Source of the DNA: an uncultured Pseudomonadota bacterium
GTDB taxonomy: Bacteria > Pseudomonadota > Alphaproteobacteria > RF32 > CAG-239
NCBI GenBank assembly: GCA_902763155.1
Contig: CACWQS010000011.1
Location: 1,197-65,196, forward strand
Direction of reading: 5' to 3'
Length of the DNA: 64,000 nucleotides
Shown here: piece by piece, positions 28,765-38,549 of the stretch
Layout: every line of letters starts with the position of its first letter
Numbering within the stretch: position 1 is the first letter of the stretch
Notes under the pieces: model-generated
Seen by the model: only the letters and a program-made list of their open reading frames with translations
What the model was told of the DNA's origin: nothing
Database searches by the model: none
Translations under genes and position numbers: made by a program

Positions 28765-29670
28765 CTACTTAAACAAGCCGCCGATACCTTCGGTAACTCC
28801 TTTAACGCCGCTACTGACACCGTCAACAGCCGCACCTGCCGCTTTACCGGCTCCGCCTACTGTAGCCGATGCCGCATCTAAAGTAGCATCTTTAAGATTA
28901 TTCACTCCTCCCAAGATACTACTCAAATCGGCTTTTGCTACCACATTGGTTGTTGTTTTCAAAATTTCTTGAAAAATCCGTGCCAAACCATCTTCAATTG
29001 TAATACCTTGTTTTTCGGTTCCCAAGTTGTTAATCGTAATTGTCGGTAAATTCAAACTCAAAGATTGCGATGCTCCGAGCAAATTTGCCGCCACTGTCGC
29101 TACTCCGTTGGCAACAATCACTTTCTTAATCGCTACATTATAAGTAATATCGTCAGCTTTGGCCGGCTCGGCTTTCTTGGCACTCGATGCCGTATTTTTT
29201 TGAATATTGGCTAAAACATCTTTGGCATTTGTCCGGCTCAAATTCATCAATTCGTATGCCACTTCAGGCTTATCGACTCTGATTTCGTTGATCACCACCG
29301 TTTTGGTCTTCGGACCGGTCTTCTGTGCCAATTCTTTAGCTAATTTGGTAACTGAATCAACATCTACAGACACCGAAACATTACCTAATTTAATAATATT
29401 ATCTTGGCTGTATTCGCTTGGGTTAGCTACCGTAATTTCGCTTACGCTTCCATGCCCGTCCAACAGCGAAAGTTTGATTCCGCCGATATTAACATCCGTT
29501 CCTACCGCTTCCGTACCATATTGATGCACCAACTGTTTTACCGTTCCCTGCCAATTATAGTAGTTATAAACGTAATAAACCCCGCCGACAGCAACGATAA
29601 TTAAAAATATAATCACTCCCAAAAACCATTTAAAAGTTTTTTTGAGCCAACTGCATTTCTTTTTTGCCAT
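28765..29670 (-). CDS. Hypothetical membrane-anchored protein with Gly/Ala-rich C-terminus
   Basis: 301 aa with a basic N-terminus, one TM and a beta-rich body, ending GGAGKAAGAAVDGVSSGVKGVTEGIGGLFK. A terminator lies downstream. Confidence 0.5.
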   Translation of the reverse strand: MAKKKCSWLKKTFKWFLGVIIFLIIVAVGGVYYVYNYYNWQGTVKQLVHQYGTEAVGTDVNIGGIKLSLLDGHGSVSEITVANPSEYSQDNIIKLGNVSVSVDVDSVTKLAKELAQKTGPKTKTVVINEIRVDKPEVAYELMNLSRTNAKDVLANIQKNTASSAKKAEPAKADDITYNVAIKKVIVANGVATVAANLLGASQSLSLNLPTITINNLGTEKQGITIEDGLARIFQEILKTTTNVVAKADLSSILGGVNNLKDATLDAASATVGGAGKAAGAAVDGVSSGVKGVTEGIGGLFK

Positions 29671-29742
29671 GATTATCTCCTTATATCAAAAATTAAACTT
29701 AAAAGGAATTATACTGCAAAGTTTTATTTTGTAAATATTAAA

Positions 29743-32442
29743 TTACTGCTGTCTCATCAATAAATATCTGATATCTTCGGCATCAAATATTTCCGGCAAC
29801 ACCATTCCTTCTCTGATAAACGGCGTATAAAGAATATAAAACGGCAACCCCTTACGTCCGAAACGAGCCATGAAATCCAATGTCTGTTTGTTATAGTCCG
29901 TCCAATCAACCCGCATAAAATCCAAATGTAAAACATCTTTCCAATAAGCTAAATTTTTAGGAGTTAAAACCACCGCATCGTTGTAATGACAGGTCAAGCA
30001 CCAATCTGCCCCGATTTCGAGCAAAACCGAACGTCCCTGCGCCAATTTTTCTCTGATTAAATCCGAATTTATGACTGTATCACGTTTTTCCAACCTTTTT
30101 TCATAATTGGCATTATAGCTGCTCTGAGCTATAAACATCGCTCCTGTTCCCAAAGCCGCGATAATAGCAATTACAACATACTTAATATATTTGCGCACTC
30201 GTAACATTGCTTCTGTAGGAATTTCTTTCAGAGATTGCTCTTCCATAAAATTCATAAACGCAACATAAAATTTACAAATCAGGCAAAATACTCCCCAAAT
30301 TACTCCTAATTTTAACACACAGAAGATATCCGTTTGTTGATATATCAGTATAAAAAACCATCCGATTGCCGCCAACAGCATAAGATTTAATACTACGTTG
30401 AGTTTATTCATCCAATTCCCCGGTTTAGGAAAGAAATTTTGCGGATCTTTAAGCAACAGAACCAACAAATACGGCAAACTGAGTCCCACGGCAACCGCAT
30501 AAAGCAAAACCACAATATCCTTACTGTTTCCGGTTAAAGCAAAACCTATCGCCGTTGCCAAATACGGACCGGTACAAGGAGTCGCCAGTAGAACAATCAA
30601 GGTCCCCAGCAAAATATCGGAACGCTTAGTCGGATTTGTAAAGTTAACTGGCAAATCGGCTTCAAACCTCAACCTTGGTGCCATAATGAAAAACATCGAG
30701 AGAATAAAAATCATCGCTACTAAGAAAAACATATTTTGGTATTGCATTCCCCAACCCAATGAAATTCCCCAATTTTTCGCAATCAATAATCCTAAAATCA
30801 ATAATGTAAAACCAATAAAAATTCCACCAAGAGTATATTGAATTGATTTGCGTAACTTATCTCTTTGCCCAAAGCTTGGACTTAGAGCAATAATTTTGAG
30901 TGATAACACCGGAAATACGCAAGGCATAAAATTAAGTAGCAGCCCTCCCAATATGGCAAGCAAAATAAGTCCCCAATTCAATGTCGGCGCATCGACATCA
31001 AACATCGATGCCGTACCGGCAAATCGCGATTGCCGCAGAAAATAGTCTTCGTTCAGCACTGCACTAACCGTAAATTCCGAATCTTTTAAATCATATTTCG
31101 GTTTATTTTGCGGCACAAAGCGCACAAAAATTTTTCCATCGGTTAAGCTGATCAAAGGAGCCGCAAAAGCGGTATAACCATCATTTTCTTCGATATATAC
31201 CTGAAAACTTTCCACTTTCTCTTTTGCCGTAAATTCCAAACGTAATACTTGTCCGTTCTCATCATCGTCAACCACTAATTTTTCTAAGCGCAACTTTTTC
31301 GTTTCCGGCTGCGGATTCTGCGCTATCGTCATTGCAAAAAAGTTTTCATAACCGTTCGGAAAAATATCTCTTCCTTTCGGCTCAATTACCAGTTGCGGAG
31401 AAAATCTTTCCGTTGCGCAAATTTCCGTTGTGCCGCAAACACTGGCAACTACATCTGCCGAAATTTTTATTTCTTTTTCCACATCTTCAACTTCAATTTT
31501 AATCGGAATCAGAAAATCGCCGAAATATTTATGATACGCCGGCAATGTTCGACTGTTAAACGGCACCGGATAAAGCACTTCATAGCTTTTTACGTTTTCC
31601 GAATTATCCAAATTTATGCTTACTTTTTGCAAATCATCAGTCAAATTATTAGCCAATACAAAATGCGTTGAATCGGTTATAATATGCACACCGATATATA
31701 ACTCTTTTTGTCCATCAACATAAGTATTCGGCGTTAATAAATGCAAACTTATATGCTTACCGCCTAAAAATGGTGAAACACCATTTTCCGACAGTAGCGG
31801 ATTCTTATATTTATACCCATAAAAAGGAAGTTTCTTCCACTCTATTCTATCTAGCGCAATCTCAACTTTATCTCCGAACGACAATTCTTTTTGCTGTTTT
31901 TTCTTAAAATCTTCGATCGCTTTACGTTCATCTGCATTTTCGGCATAAGATAAAAAGTTTTTAAAGTTATATACTTTAACAAATTCCCCTTCTTTTGCCT
32001 CGATATACGGCACCTCATCTGCCTTATCAAAATCACTTTCTCGCCGCACTTTCTTATATGTATGAGGTACCAATTTCTGCTCGACAAACTTATCATATAC
32101 TTCTTTGCCCGTCTTATATCCGTCAATCACATTTCGCAATAAAACCAGACGCTGATGCAACTCTTCATCATTATCATCAGGGAAAAACGGCCTTAATTCT
32201 TCAACAAAATCTTCTTGATAAAAAACTGTTATATCCGGATATTTATTATAAAAGTATTGCCCGATTTCCCATAAAACGGCAACCGTATCTTCGGTATCAA
32301 CTGTCGTTTTTTCCCCTTGCAACAAATTCAAGGTGCTCGTTCCCTCAAAATCTGCCGGCAATTCATATTTTTGAGCACTTGCCGACGAACAGTTGAAAAT
32401 CGTAAATAAACAAACTATATAAAAAAATAATCGTTTCATCAT
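29743..32442 (-). CDS. Thiol:disulfide interchange protein, DsbD/ScsB family with large N-terminal periplasmic domain
   Basis: Signal peptide at MMKRLFFYIVCLF. Central DsbD TM core with FMPCVFPV and ATPCTGPY. C-terminal thioredoxin-like domain with WCLTCH. Confidence 0.8.
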   Translation of the reverse strand: MMKRLFFYIVCLFTIFNCSSASAQKYELPADFEGTSTLNLLQGEKTTVDTEDTVAVLWEIGQYFYNKYPDITVFYQEDFVEELRPFFPDDNDEELHQRLVLLRNVIDGYKTGKEVYDKFVEQKLVPHTYKKVRRESDFDKADEVPYIEAKEGEFVKVYNFKNFLSYAENADERKAIEDFKKKQQKELSFGDKVEIALDRIEWKKLPFYGYKYKNPLLSENGVSPFLGGKHISLHLLTPNTYVDGQKELYIGVHIITDSTHFVLANNLTDDLQKVSINLDNSENVKSYEVLYPVPFNSRTLPAYHKYFGDFLIPIKIEVEDVEKEIKISADVVASVCGTTEICATERFSPQLVIEPKGRDIFPNGYENFFAMTIAQNPQPETKKLRLEKLVVDDDENGQVLRLEFTAKEKVESFQVYIEENDGYTAFAAPLISLTDGKIFVRFVPQNKPKYDLKDSEFTVSAVLNEDYFLRQSRFAGTASMFDVDAPTLNWGLILLAILGGLLLNFMPCVFPVLSLKIIALSPSFGQRDKLRKSIQYTLGGIFIGFTLLILGLLIAKNWGISLGWGMQYQNMFFLVAMIFILSMFFIMAPRLRFEADLPVNFTNPTKRSDILLGTLIVLLATPCTGPYLATAIGFALTGNSKDIVVLLYAVAVGLSLPYLLVLLLKDPQNFFPKPGNWMNKLNVVLNLMLLAAIGWFFILIYQQTDIFCVLKLGVIWGVFCLICKFYVAFMNFMEEQSLKEIPTEAMLRVRKYIKYVVIAIIAALGTGAMFIAQSSYNANYEKRLEKRDTVINSDLIREKLAQGRSVLLEIGADWCLTCHYNDAVVLTPKNLAYWKDVLHLDFMRVDWTDYNKQTLDFMARFGRKGLPFYILYTPFIREGMVLPEIFDAEDIRYLLMRQQ

Positions 32443-32531
32443 ATTTTTAGAAGATAAATTAACTTTTCTTTTAATCAAAAATATGGTATCATATAAAATG
32501 TAAAGAAACAATTATTTTATGACTGCAAACT

Positions 32532-33107
32532 ATGGATAAATTTGATGATAAATATGCCTTAACCGGCAAATTTTTGGTAGCAATGCCTAAAATCAACGAT
32601 GGCGATTATTTCGACCATTCACTGGTTTATTTGTGTTCGCACGGTCGTAACGGTGCTATGGGGCTGATTGTCAACAAACGTTTCGATACCATCAACTTTA
32701 CCGATTTAACCTTCCAACTTCCGGTTCACGATTTTAAACGCCTCAATGAAGTTAATCTTTACGTCGGAGGACCGCTCGAAAAGGTACGCGGCATGGTCAT
32801 TCACTCAACCGACTACTTCAAAGACGGAACCATCGAAATCGGGCAAGGAATTGCCGTTTCCGCCTCTACGCAGATTATTACCGACATTGCTTTTGATCGC
32901 GGTCCGGCTGAAAAACTGGTTGCTTTGGGCTACTCATATTGGGAACCGCACCAGCTTGAAGATGAAATATACAATAACGATTGGCTTGTTGTAGAAGCCA
33001 ACCGTCAACTATTGTTTAATACACCTGACGAAGAAAAATGGCAACGTGCCATTGATGAAAGCGGCATCAATCTCGATAACTTTGTCGGCATCACCGGTCA
33101 TAGTTAG
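32532..33107 (+). CDS. YqgE/AlgH family protein (UPF0301)
   Basis: 191 aa. GKFLVAMPKINDGDYFDHSLVYLCSHGRNGAMGLIVNK is characteristic of the family. Confidence 0.85.
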   Translation: MDKFDDKYALTGKFLVAMPKINDGDYFDHSLVYLCSHGRNGAMGLIVNKRFDTINFTDLTFQLPVHDFKRLNEVNLYVGGPLEKVRGMVIHSTDYFKDGTIEIGQGIAVSASTQIITDIAFDRGPAEKLVALGYSYWEPHQLEDEIYNNDWLVVEANRQLLFNTPDEEKWQRAIDESGINLDNFVGITGHS

Positions 33108-33112
33108 GGAAA

Positions 33113-34438
33113 TTATCTGCGACGTGATGTTTTCTTATTTGTTGACGTAATTTTGCGCACTGTCGAAGTAGTCGAACGTGCTTTACTTGAAGCATTTTTA
33201 GCTTGAAAAGCGGCGAAAATAATCGTCAATAGCCAGTTAATAATCTGATTCTGCCGTCTCCGTCCGATTCTATCCCACCAATCAACCAAACGCGCCCACA
33301 TACTCTTGCTCTTTTTTTCCTGTTGAGCAGTTTGCGGTACTGTTACTTTGCCATTATCACTAACCACTACCGCATTTGTCGTTTCCGGTTCTTTAATTTC
33401 GCACCGATACGGTGTTATAGTGCTGATAATATCGTCATTGGAAACATAAGCTCCCAAAATGCGCGTCAAAGTCCCATTTTCTTCCAATAACAACGAATCA
33501 CCACGTCCTAAAAGCATTTCGGCACCGGTGGTGTTCAAAATGGTCATCGAATCTGTGGCGCTTGCCACCTTATATGATAAACGTGTCGGTAAATTTGCCT
33601 TCACACTGCCGGTAATCACATCAACCGACGGACGTTGCGTCGCAATAATCAGATGGATTCCCGAAGCGCGCGACTTCTGTGCCAACATTTGCACCTGCTT
33701 TTCAACTGTTTTATCAAACAGCATAATATCGGCAAATTCATCAATCACGCATACAATATAAGGCATTTTTATTTCGGCTTTTTCGTTATATTCGCCAACA
33801 TTGCGCACCATATTTTTTTCAAACTTAGCATACCGCTCGTTCATTTCCACACAAAGCTCGGCCAAACAACGGCTCGCCACGCTCATATCGGTAATCACCG
33901 GTCTGAGCATATACGCCTGATTATTATACATACTGAACTCAATACGTTTCGGATCTACCAAAACAAATTTTAATTCTTGCGGAGTTTTCTTCTTAATCAG
34001 CGATAAAATAAACGAATTCAAGCCCACCGATTTACCAGAACCCGTCGTTCCTGCCACCAATAAATGCGGCATTTTGCTCAAATCTTTCATTACCGGAGCA
34101 CCGCGCATATTAACACCGACACAAATCGGCAGAGCAAATTTCGATTCGGCAAATTCTTCCCTTTCGGTCAGCGGTAAAAACGGCACACTCTGCGCTTCCG
34201 GATTTGGCAATTCAAAACTGATAAATGTCGAATTTGGAATTTCCGCAACCCTGATACCGCTCACGCCCAACTCACGGGCAATATCTTTGATAGATTTTTC
34301 CACCGCAGAAAATTTTGAACCTTTATTCAACTCAAATTCGACTTCCGTAATAAGAGGACCTTTATATTGATTCCCTATTGTGCCGAAGATGCCGAAATTT
34401 GCCAGCACTTGCGGTAATTTCTCCGATAGTTCCTGCAT
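33113..34438 (-). CDS. FtsK/SpoIIIE-family DNA translocase motor (alpha/beta domains only)
   Basis: 441 aa with Walker A GTTGSGKS, Walker B VCVIDEFAD and IIATQRPS. There are no N-terminal TMs and no gamma winged-helix domain. The C-terminus is a basic tail with a short hydrophobic segment. Confidence 0.85.
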   Translation of the reverse strand: MQELSEKLPQVLANFGIFGTIGNQYKGPLITEVEFELNKGSKFSAVEKSIKDIARELGVSGIRVAEIPNSTFISFELPNPEAQSVPFLPLTEREEFAESKFALPICVGVNMRGAPVMKDLSKMPHLLVAGTTGSGKSVGLNSFILSLIKKKTPQELKFVLVDPKRIEFSMYNNQAYMLRPVITDMSVASRCLAELCVEMNERYAKFEKNMVRNVGEYNEKAEIKMPYIVCVIDEFADIMLFDKTVEKQVQMLAQKSRASGIHLIIATQRPSVDVITGSVKANLPTRLSYKVASATDSMTILNTTGAEMLLGRGDSLLLEENGTLTRILGAYVSNDDIISTITPYRCEIKEPETTNAVVVSDNGKVTVPQTAQQEKKSKSMWARLVDWWDRIGRRRQNQIINWLLTIIFAAFQAKNASSKARSTTSTVRKITSTNKKTSRRR

Positions 34439-34441
34439 CTG

Positions 34442-34897
34442 TTATAGTCCTCGTCCCGAACTTGCATTGGCTAAAGGATTATACACACCCGCTCCGCCGA
34501 AATACTTACGGAAAAAGCCGTCATCTCTATCGGTCAACTTAGTTTCATCACTGTCAATGGAAATGTCATTACCGTCAGCTAATGTACGAGTTTCCATTTT
34601 ACTGACTTTACCATCCTTAAACGTTATCGCCAAAATATTGCGATCAAGTTCTGTCGGACTCATAAACGCCACTCGTCTGGTTGTTGATGACATATATATC
34701 CAATGATTTTGGTTTAAACCTGTCTGCAAACTAGGACTACCGAGAATCTCAAAAACCTGTTCTTTAGTCTGCCCATTATGTACTTTAGCAATACTTTCTT
34801 CAGAAGGATAATTACCATTGTGAGTAATAAACAAATCAGAAGAACAAGCAGAACAAACCAAAATCCCAAATATAAAAAACATTTTGCGTATTGACAT
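34442..34897 (-). CDS. bamE: Outer-membrane lipoprotein BamE/SmpA/OmlA family
   Basis: Lipobox LVCSAC and a G.TKEQVFEILGSP-type BamE core. The stop lies 3 nt from the ftsK-like start. Confidence 0.7.
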   Translation of the reverse strand: MSIRKMFFIFGILVCSACSSDLFITHNGNYPSEESIAKVHNGQTKEQVFEILGSPSLQTGLNQNHWIYMSSTTRRVAFMSPTELDRNILAITFKDGKVSKMETRTLADGNDISIDSDETKLTDRDDGFFRKYFGGAGVYNPLANASSGRGL

Positions 34898-34955
34898 ATT
34901 TTAATTTCCTTATATGTATTACTATTATAGATATATATAACACAAGGATTTCAGA

Positions 34956-35474
34956 ATGCAAAAAAAATTTTCATATCCGATTAAAATAGATGAATTGAAA
35001 CAAAATGAATATACGTTCACACTAGAAGCGGATAAATACGAACTTGTGGATATTTGTTCCGTTTTACAGGTAGAAAATGTTTTGCAATTCAAATCTACTG
35101 TAAAATTGAAATATAATCAGCGTGAACATTTACTTAAAGTTTGGGGGCGTGTTGCCGCTGAATTAGAGTTGAAAAGCGTCATCTCATTGGAAAACTTCAT
35201 TGAAAAATATGATGTCCCGTTTGAGCTGTATTTTGATACTAAAGCCACTTATCGTGATATCAAGGAACTCGGAGCAGATATCAATGCCGACATACCTGAT
35301 ATCATTGAAAATGGAACAATTAATTTAGCCGATATCTCTATAGAACAAATTGCTCTGCAAATAGACGATTATCCACGTGCTAAAGGCGAAATTTTTGAAT
35401 ATCAATGTGTTGGTGCCGATGCACCGATAGAAAAAGAAAGCCCTTTCGCCATATTGCAAAAATTAAAGAAATAA
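34956..35474 (+). CDS. YceD/DUF177 family protein
   Basis: 172 aa, acidic, ending SPFAILQKLKK as is typical of DUF177. It lacks the C-terminal Cys cluster seen in some members. Confidence 0.6.
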   Translation: MQKKFSYPIKIDELKQNEYTFTLEADKYELVDICSVLQVENVLQFKSTVKLKYNQREHLLKVWGRVAAELELKSVISLENFIEKYDVPFELYFDTKATYRDIKELGADINADIPDIIENGTINLADISIEQIALQIDDYPRAKGEIFEYQCVGADAPIEKESPFAILQKLKK

Positions 35475-35837
35475 AACTCGAAAAATACTTATGAAAAAAG
35501 GATTCTTCCAAACAGAAAAATCCTTTTCAAATCAAACTCCGATAAAATTCGGATAACGTGTGTGATTGCGAAGCGGAATTTTTGACGACATATAGGTACA
35601 GAGATATAGTTTCAGCTAGCACCTATAAATACGAGAAAAGGATTCTTCCAAACAGAAAAATCCTTTTCAAATCCTATAAATACGAGAAAAGGATTCTTCC
35701 AAACAGAAAAATCCTTTTCAAATCAAACTCTGATAAAATTCGGATAACGTGTGTGATTGCGAAGTGGAATTTTTGACGACGTGTACAAAGAAGTACACGA
35801 GGAAAAAATTTCCAAGCAAGCACCAGTTATACGAATT
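35475..35837. repeat. Mosaic of three repeat modules: a 51-bp hairpin unit x3, a 56-bp unit x2 and the GTAC-palindrome terminal unit abutting the hup stop
   Basis: GAAAAGGATT-N14-AATCCTTTTC hairpins at about 35493-35528, 35635-35668 and 35686-35719. Unit AAACTCyGATAAAATTCGGATAACGTGTGTGATTGCGAAGyGGAATTTTTGACGAC at 35533-35588 and 35724-35779. Palindrome GTGTACAAAGAAGTACAC at 35781-35798. Confidence 0.9.
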
Positions 35838-36116
35838 TTACTTCTTGTTGACAACGTCTTGTAAAGTCTTACCCGCTTTAAATTTAGCTACTTTACGAGC
35901 AGGAACTTTTACTGTCTGACGTGTGCGCGGATTAATAGCAGTTGTAGCAGCTCTCTTAGAGGTCGAGAATGTTCCGAAACCAACCAGACGAACATCATTA
36001 CCCGATTTTAATGTGTTGCATACAGAAGTAATGAAAGCATCTAAAGCTTTAGCGCTGTCTGTTTGGGTTAAACCGGAATTATCGGCAATGCTCTTAATCA
36101 ATTCACTTTTATTCAT
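35838..36116 (-). CDS. hup: DNA-binding protein HU
   Basis: 92 aa. MNKSELIKSIA...GFGTF...RNPRTRQTVKVPARKVAKFKAGK. Confidence 0.9.
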   Translation of the reverse strand: MNKSELIKSIADNSGLTQTDSAKALDAFITSVCNTLKSGNDVRLVGFGTFSTSKRAATTAINPRTRQTVKVPARKVAKFKAGKTLQDVVNKK

Positions 36117-36282
36117 TTTATTTTTCCTTTACAGTAGATTATATTTTAATCTGAGAACCAACTTCTCACGGAGTATCTAATATAATTATTTTAATCTTGT
36201 CAAACAAAAAAAACGCAAAAACCGTTATTTTCAGGTATTTTTCGTTATTTGGTCATAAATTGTGAGCCTTTTTCATTCTTAT

Positions 36283-36311
36283 TTGACAATATATTGCTCT
36301 TTATGTAGTAT
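36283..36311 (+). promoter_or_regulatory. Sigma-70-like promoter for the MORN-repeat lipoprotein gene
   Basis: TTGACA (36283-36288), a 17-nt spacer, then TAGTAT (36306-36311). Confidence 0.4.
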
Positions 36312-36339
36312 GATATCGTGTTATATATGGGAGAAACAA

Positions 36340-36912
36340 ATGAGAATCGGCTATATCATAGTAACAACTACTCTGATTTTAACGTCTTGCAATGAATCGG
36401 ATTATTCTGAAATATATAATGAAAATAATACCAGTGTCATTGACGGAATTGTATACAATATTAACGAGAAGCCGATTAACGGTCTTTATCGCACCTACTA
36501 CACCAACGGCAATCCTAAGATGGAAGTATCCAGCCGCAATGGTTTGCCTAACGGAATTGGCAAATTTTATAATGAAGATGGCAGTCTCCTGTATCAAGGA
36601 CTGTTTAAAAACGGTAAACTGGATGGTATGCTCTACCAATATTATCCCGAAGGCTCTGTTCATAATGAAATGAATTATAGCCATGGAATTTATGAAGGTT
36701 CTCAGAAAATTTATGATATTGAAGGTAACCAAACTGCCGAAATTATATATGATGCCGGAAAACCTGTCAGCGGATTTATTATCTTAAATGAAGATAAGAT
36801 AGAACTCACCGAAGATGAACTTGAAGCCATTAATACTGATGAAAGCTCCGAAGAAACCGAACAAAGTTCGGATGATCAATCCTCAACAGATAAGACAGAA
36901 ATACAGAAATAA
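36340..36912 (+). CDS. Lipoprotein with MORN-variant (YwqK-like) repeats and acidic tail
   Basis: Start moved to MRIGYIIVTTTLILTSC (lipobox). Repeated Y..G....E....NG...G motifs. A promoter-like TTGACA-17-TAGTAT lies upstream. Confidence 0.6.
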   Translation: MRIGYIIVTTTLILTSCNESDYSEIYNENNTSVIDGIVYNINEKPINGLYRTYYTNGNPKMEVSSRNGLPNGIGKFYNEDGSLLYQGLFKNGKLDGMLYQYYPEGSVHNEMNYSHGIYEGSQKIYDIEGNQTAEIIYDAGKPVSGFIILNEDKIELTEDELEAINTDESSEETEQSSDDQSSTDKTEIQK

Positions 36913-36931
36913 ACCAAACTAAACAAAAGGT

Positions 36932-37543
36932 TTATTTGCGACGGGCACCGGAACCGCTATTGCCTGATTTCTTGTCAAATTTAAACAGATTATTATCTAA
37001 AGCAACATCGGTTTCAATATCGAACAGCGAAATTGTTACTTCTATATTCTGCTGATCTACAACTTTCCATTGCTTTAGGCGAAACGGACTATTGTCAAAA
37101 ATCAGCGTAATCGGTTTAACAGTCTTATTTTCCGGCATTTCTACGGTTAAAGATGTTTGTCCGCCATCTTTATAAAAGTCAATTACCTTGAGTTTTTTAC
37201 CATCAAACTTAATCTTTTGCGTCAAAATCATCGTCGCCGGAATATCTTTGTAATCAATATTTGTAATCTGATCCAATTCTTTATCGTTATATATAATGTA
37301 GTCACCGTTTCCCACGATTAAAAGTGAATCCGGAGCAGTATATTCCATTCTTATCTTGCTTGGTTTTGAAATATAAATTTTACCCTCGGCAGTTCCGCCA
37401 TTGCTCGACATCTGCACAAAGCTAGCCCGCAAATTTTGCAAATTGTTCAAATAATCTTCAATCTTTGCCAAATCTTCTTGCCCCGCCCATGCCGGCGCGT
37501 TAATCCCTAGACATAAACAAACAATAAGTAACAATTTTTTCAT
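36932..37543 (-). CDS. lolA: Outer-membrane lipoprotein carrier protein
   Basis: 203 aa with a signal peptide and LRASFVQ...G.IYISKPSKIRMEY, as in LolA. Confidence 0.8.
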   Translation of the reverse strand: MKKLLLIVCLCLGINAPAWAGQEDLAKIEDYLNNLQNLRASFVQMSSNGGTAEGKIYISKPSKIRMEYTAPDSLLIVGNGDYIIYNDKELDQITNIDYKDIPATMILTQKIKFDGKKLKVIDFYKDGGQTSLTVEMPENKTVKPITLIFDNSPFRLKQWKVVDQQNIEVTISLFDIETDVALDNNLFKFDKKSGNSGSGARRK

Positions 37544-37544
37544 T

Positions 37545-38153
37545 TTAGTTTCCTTTACGTTCCGAATGTTTTAATTCTTCAATATGCGGCAAAGCATATT
37601 GCTCTATAACAAAATGAACAGATTTATTTGCCGCTTTATCACAAGAAATTAAAGCATCAAAAATCGGTTTGTTTTCCTGTTCCGGCCTAATTTTTTGTTC
37701 CAAAGTTTTATACACATCGGCCAACTCGGAAAGCGAATCGATAATCTGCGCGATATAAGCCGGAATTTTCAACTCCGACAAACCTCCCCAAAAACCTTCA
37801 ATAAAACCATGTTCAAGCTCATCATGGCGGCGTTTACATACCTCTTTTAAATCATCTTTTTTCTCGATTCGCTCTAAAGATACACTGTTGAGCATAACCA
37901 AATGCAACATTTCATCCCAAAGGCCCATAAAAAACTTGAAAAACAGCTCTGCCTCAGCTTTTGTTTCCAATCTGGGTGCATTATTATTCGGCCACAATGA
38001 AGCAATAACATCGGTAGGTCGCAAATCTCCGTTAGGGCTACAAACAGCACCGGCAAAACGCATCTTTACCACCTCAAGCGGCATTGGACAAGCGTAGTGT
38101 TCTAAGAACTTTTTAAATTTATCATCGCCTATATATTCATTTTCACTTTTCAT
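37545..38153 (-). CDS. Hypothetical protein, possibly UPF0149 (YgfB/YecA N-domain-like)
   Basis: 202 aa. Weak resemblance by eye (AGAVCSP..., FFMGLWDE, IEGFWGGL). The stop lies 1 nt from the lolA start. Confidence 0.35.
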   Translation of the reverse strand: MKSENEYIGDDKFKKFLEHYACPMPLEVVKMRFAGAVCSPNGDLRPTDVIASLWPNNNAPRLETKAEAELFFKFFMGLWDEMLHLVMLNSVSLERIEKKDDLKEVCKRRHDELEHGFIEGFWGGLSELKIPAYIAQIIDSLSELADVYKTLEQKIRPEQENKPIFDALISCDKAANKSVHFVIEQYALPHIEELKHSERKGN

Positions 38154-38199
38154 TTTCAGATTCTTTGTATATGATGCTTAAAACTAACATTATAATTTA

Positions 38200-38535
38200 A
38201 TGGAGATTTTCAAATTGTCTAGTCAAAAATTACTTCTCGGGTATTTATTTTTGTTTTTCATCGGTGGTTGCAGTCTATTTAACCCTTACATAGACCGACG
38301 ACGAAACCCCGGTGTTGCTGATATAAACCAGCTCTATTCCGGTCCGTCAACTCCAGACAAACCGGTAATTTGCTATAACGGGTGGATTTCTGATGACGAA
38401 GAATTGCAAGCTCTCGCCGATACCGAATGTATTAAGCAAGAAACCGGAACCAAGGCAAAGTTTGTAAAAAAAACATATTTTGATGGCAAACTTTTGCTGC
38501 CTCATCACGCCTACTACCAATGTATTAGAGAATAA
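38200..38535 (+). CDS. Hypothetical small lipoprotein
   Basis: 111 aa with lipobox FIGGCS and four further Cys. No family recognised. Confidence 0.45.
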   Translation: MEIFKLSSQKLLLGYLFLFFIGGCSLFNPYIDRRRNPGVADINQLYSGPSTPDKPVICYNGWISDDEELQALADTECIKQETGTKAKFVKKTYFDGKLLLPHHAYYQCIRE

Positions 38536-38549
38536 AAAAGGATTAAGAT

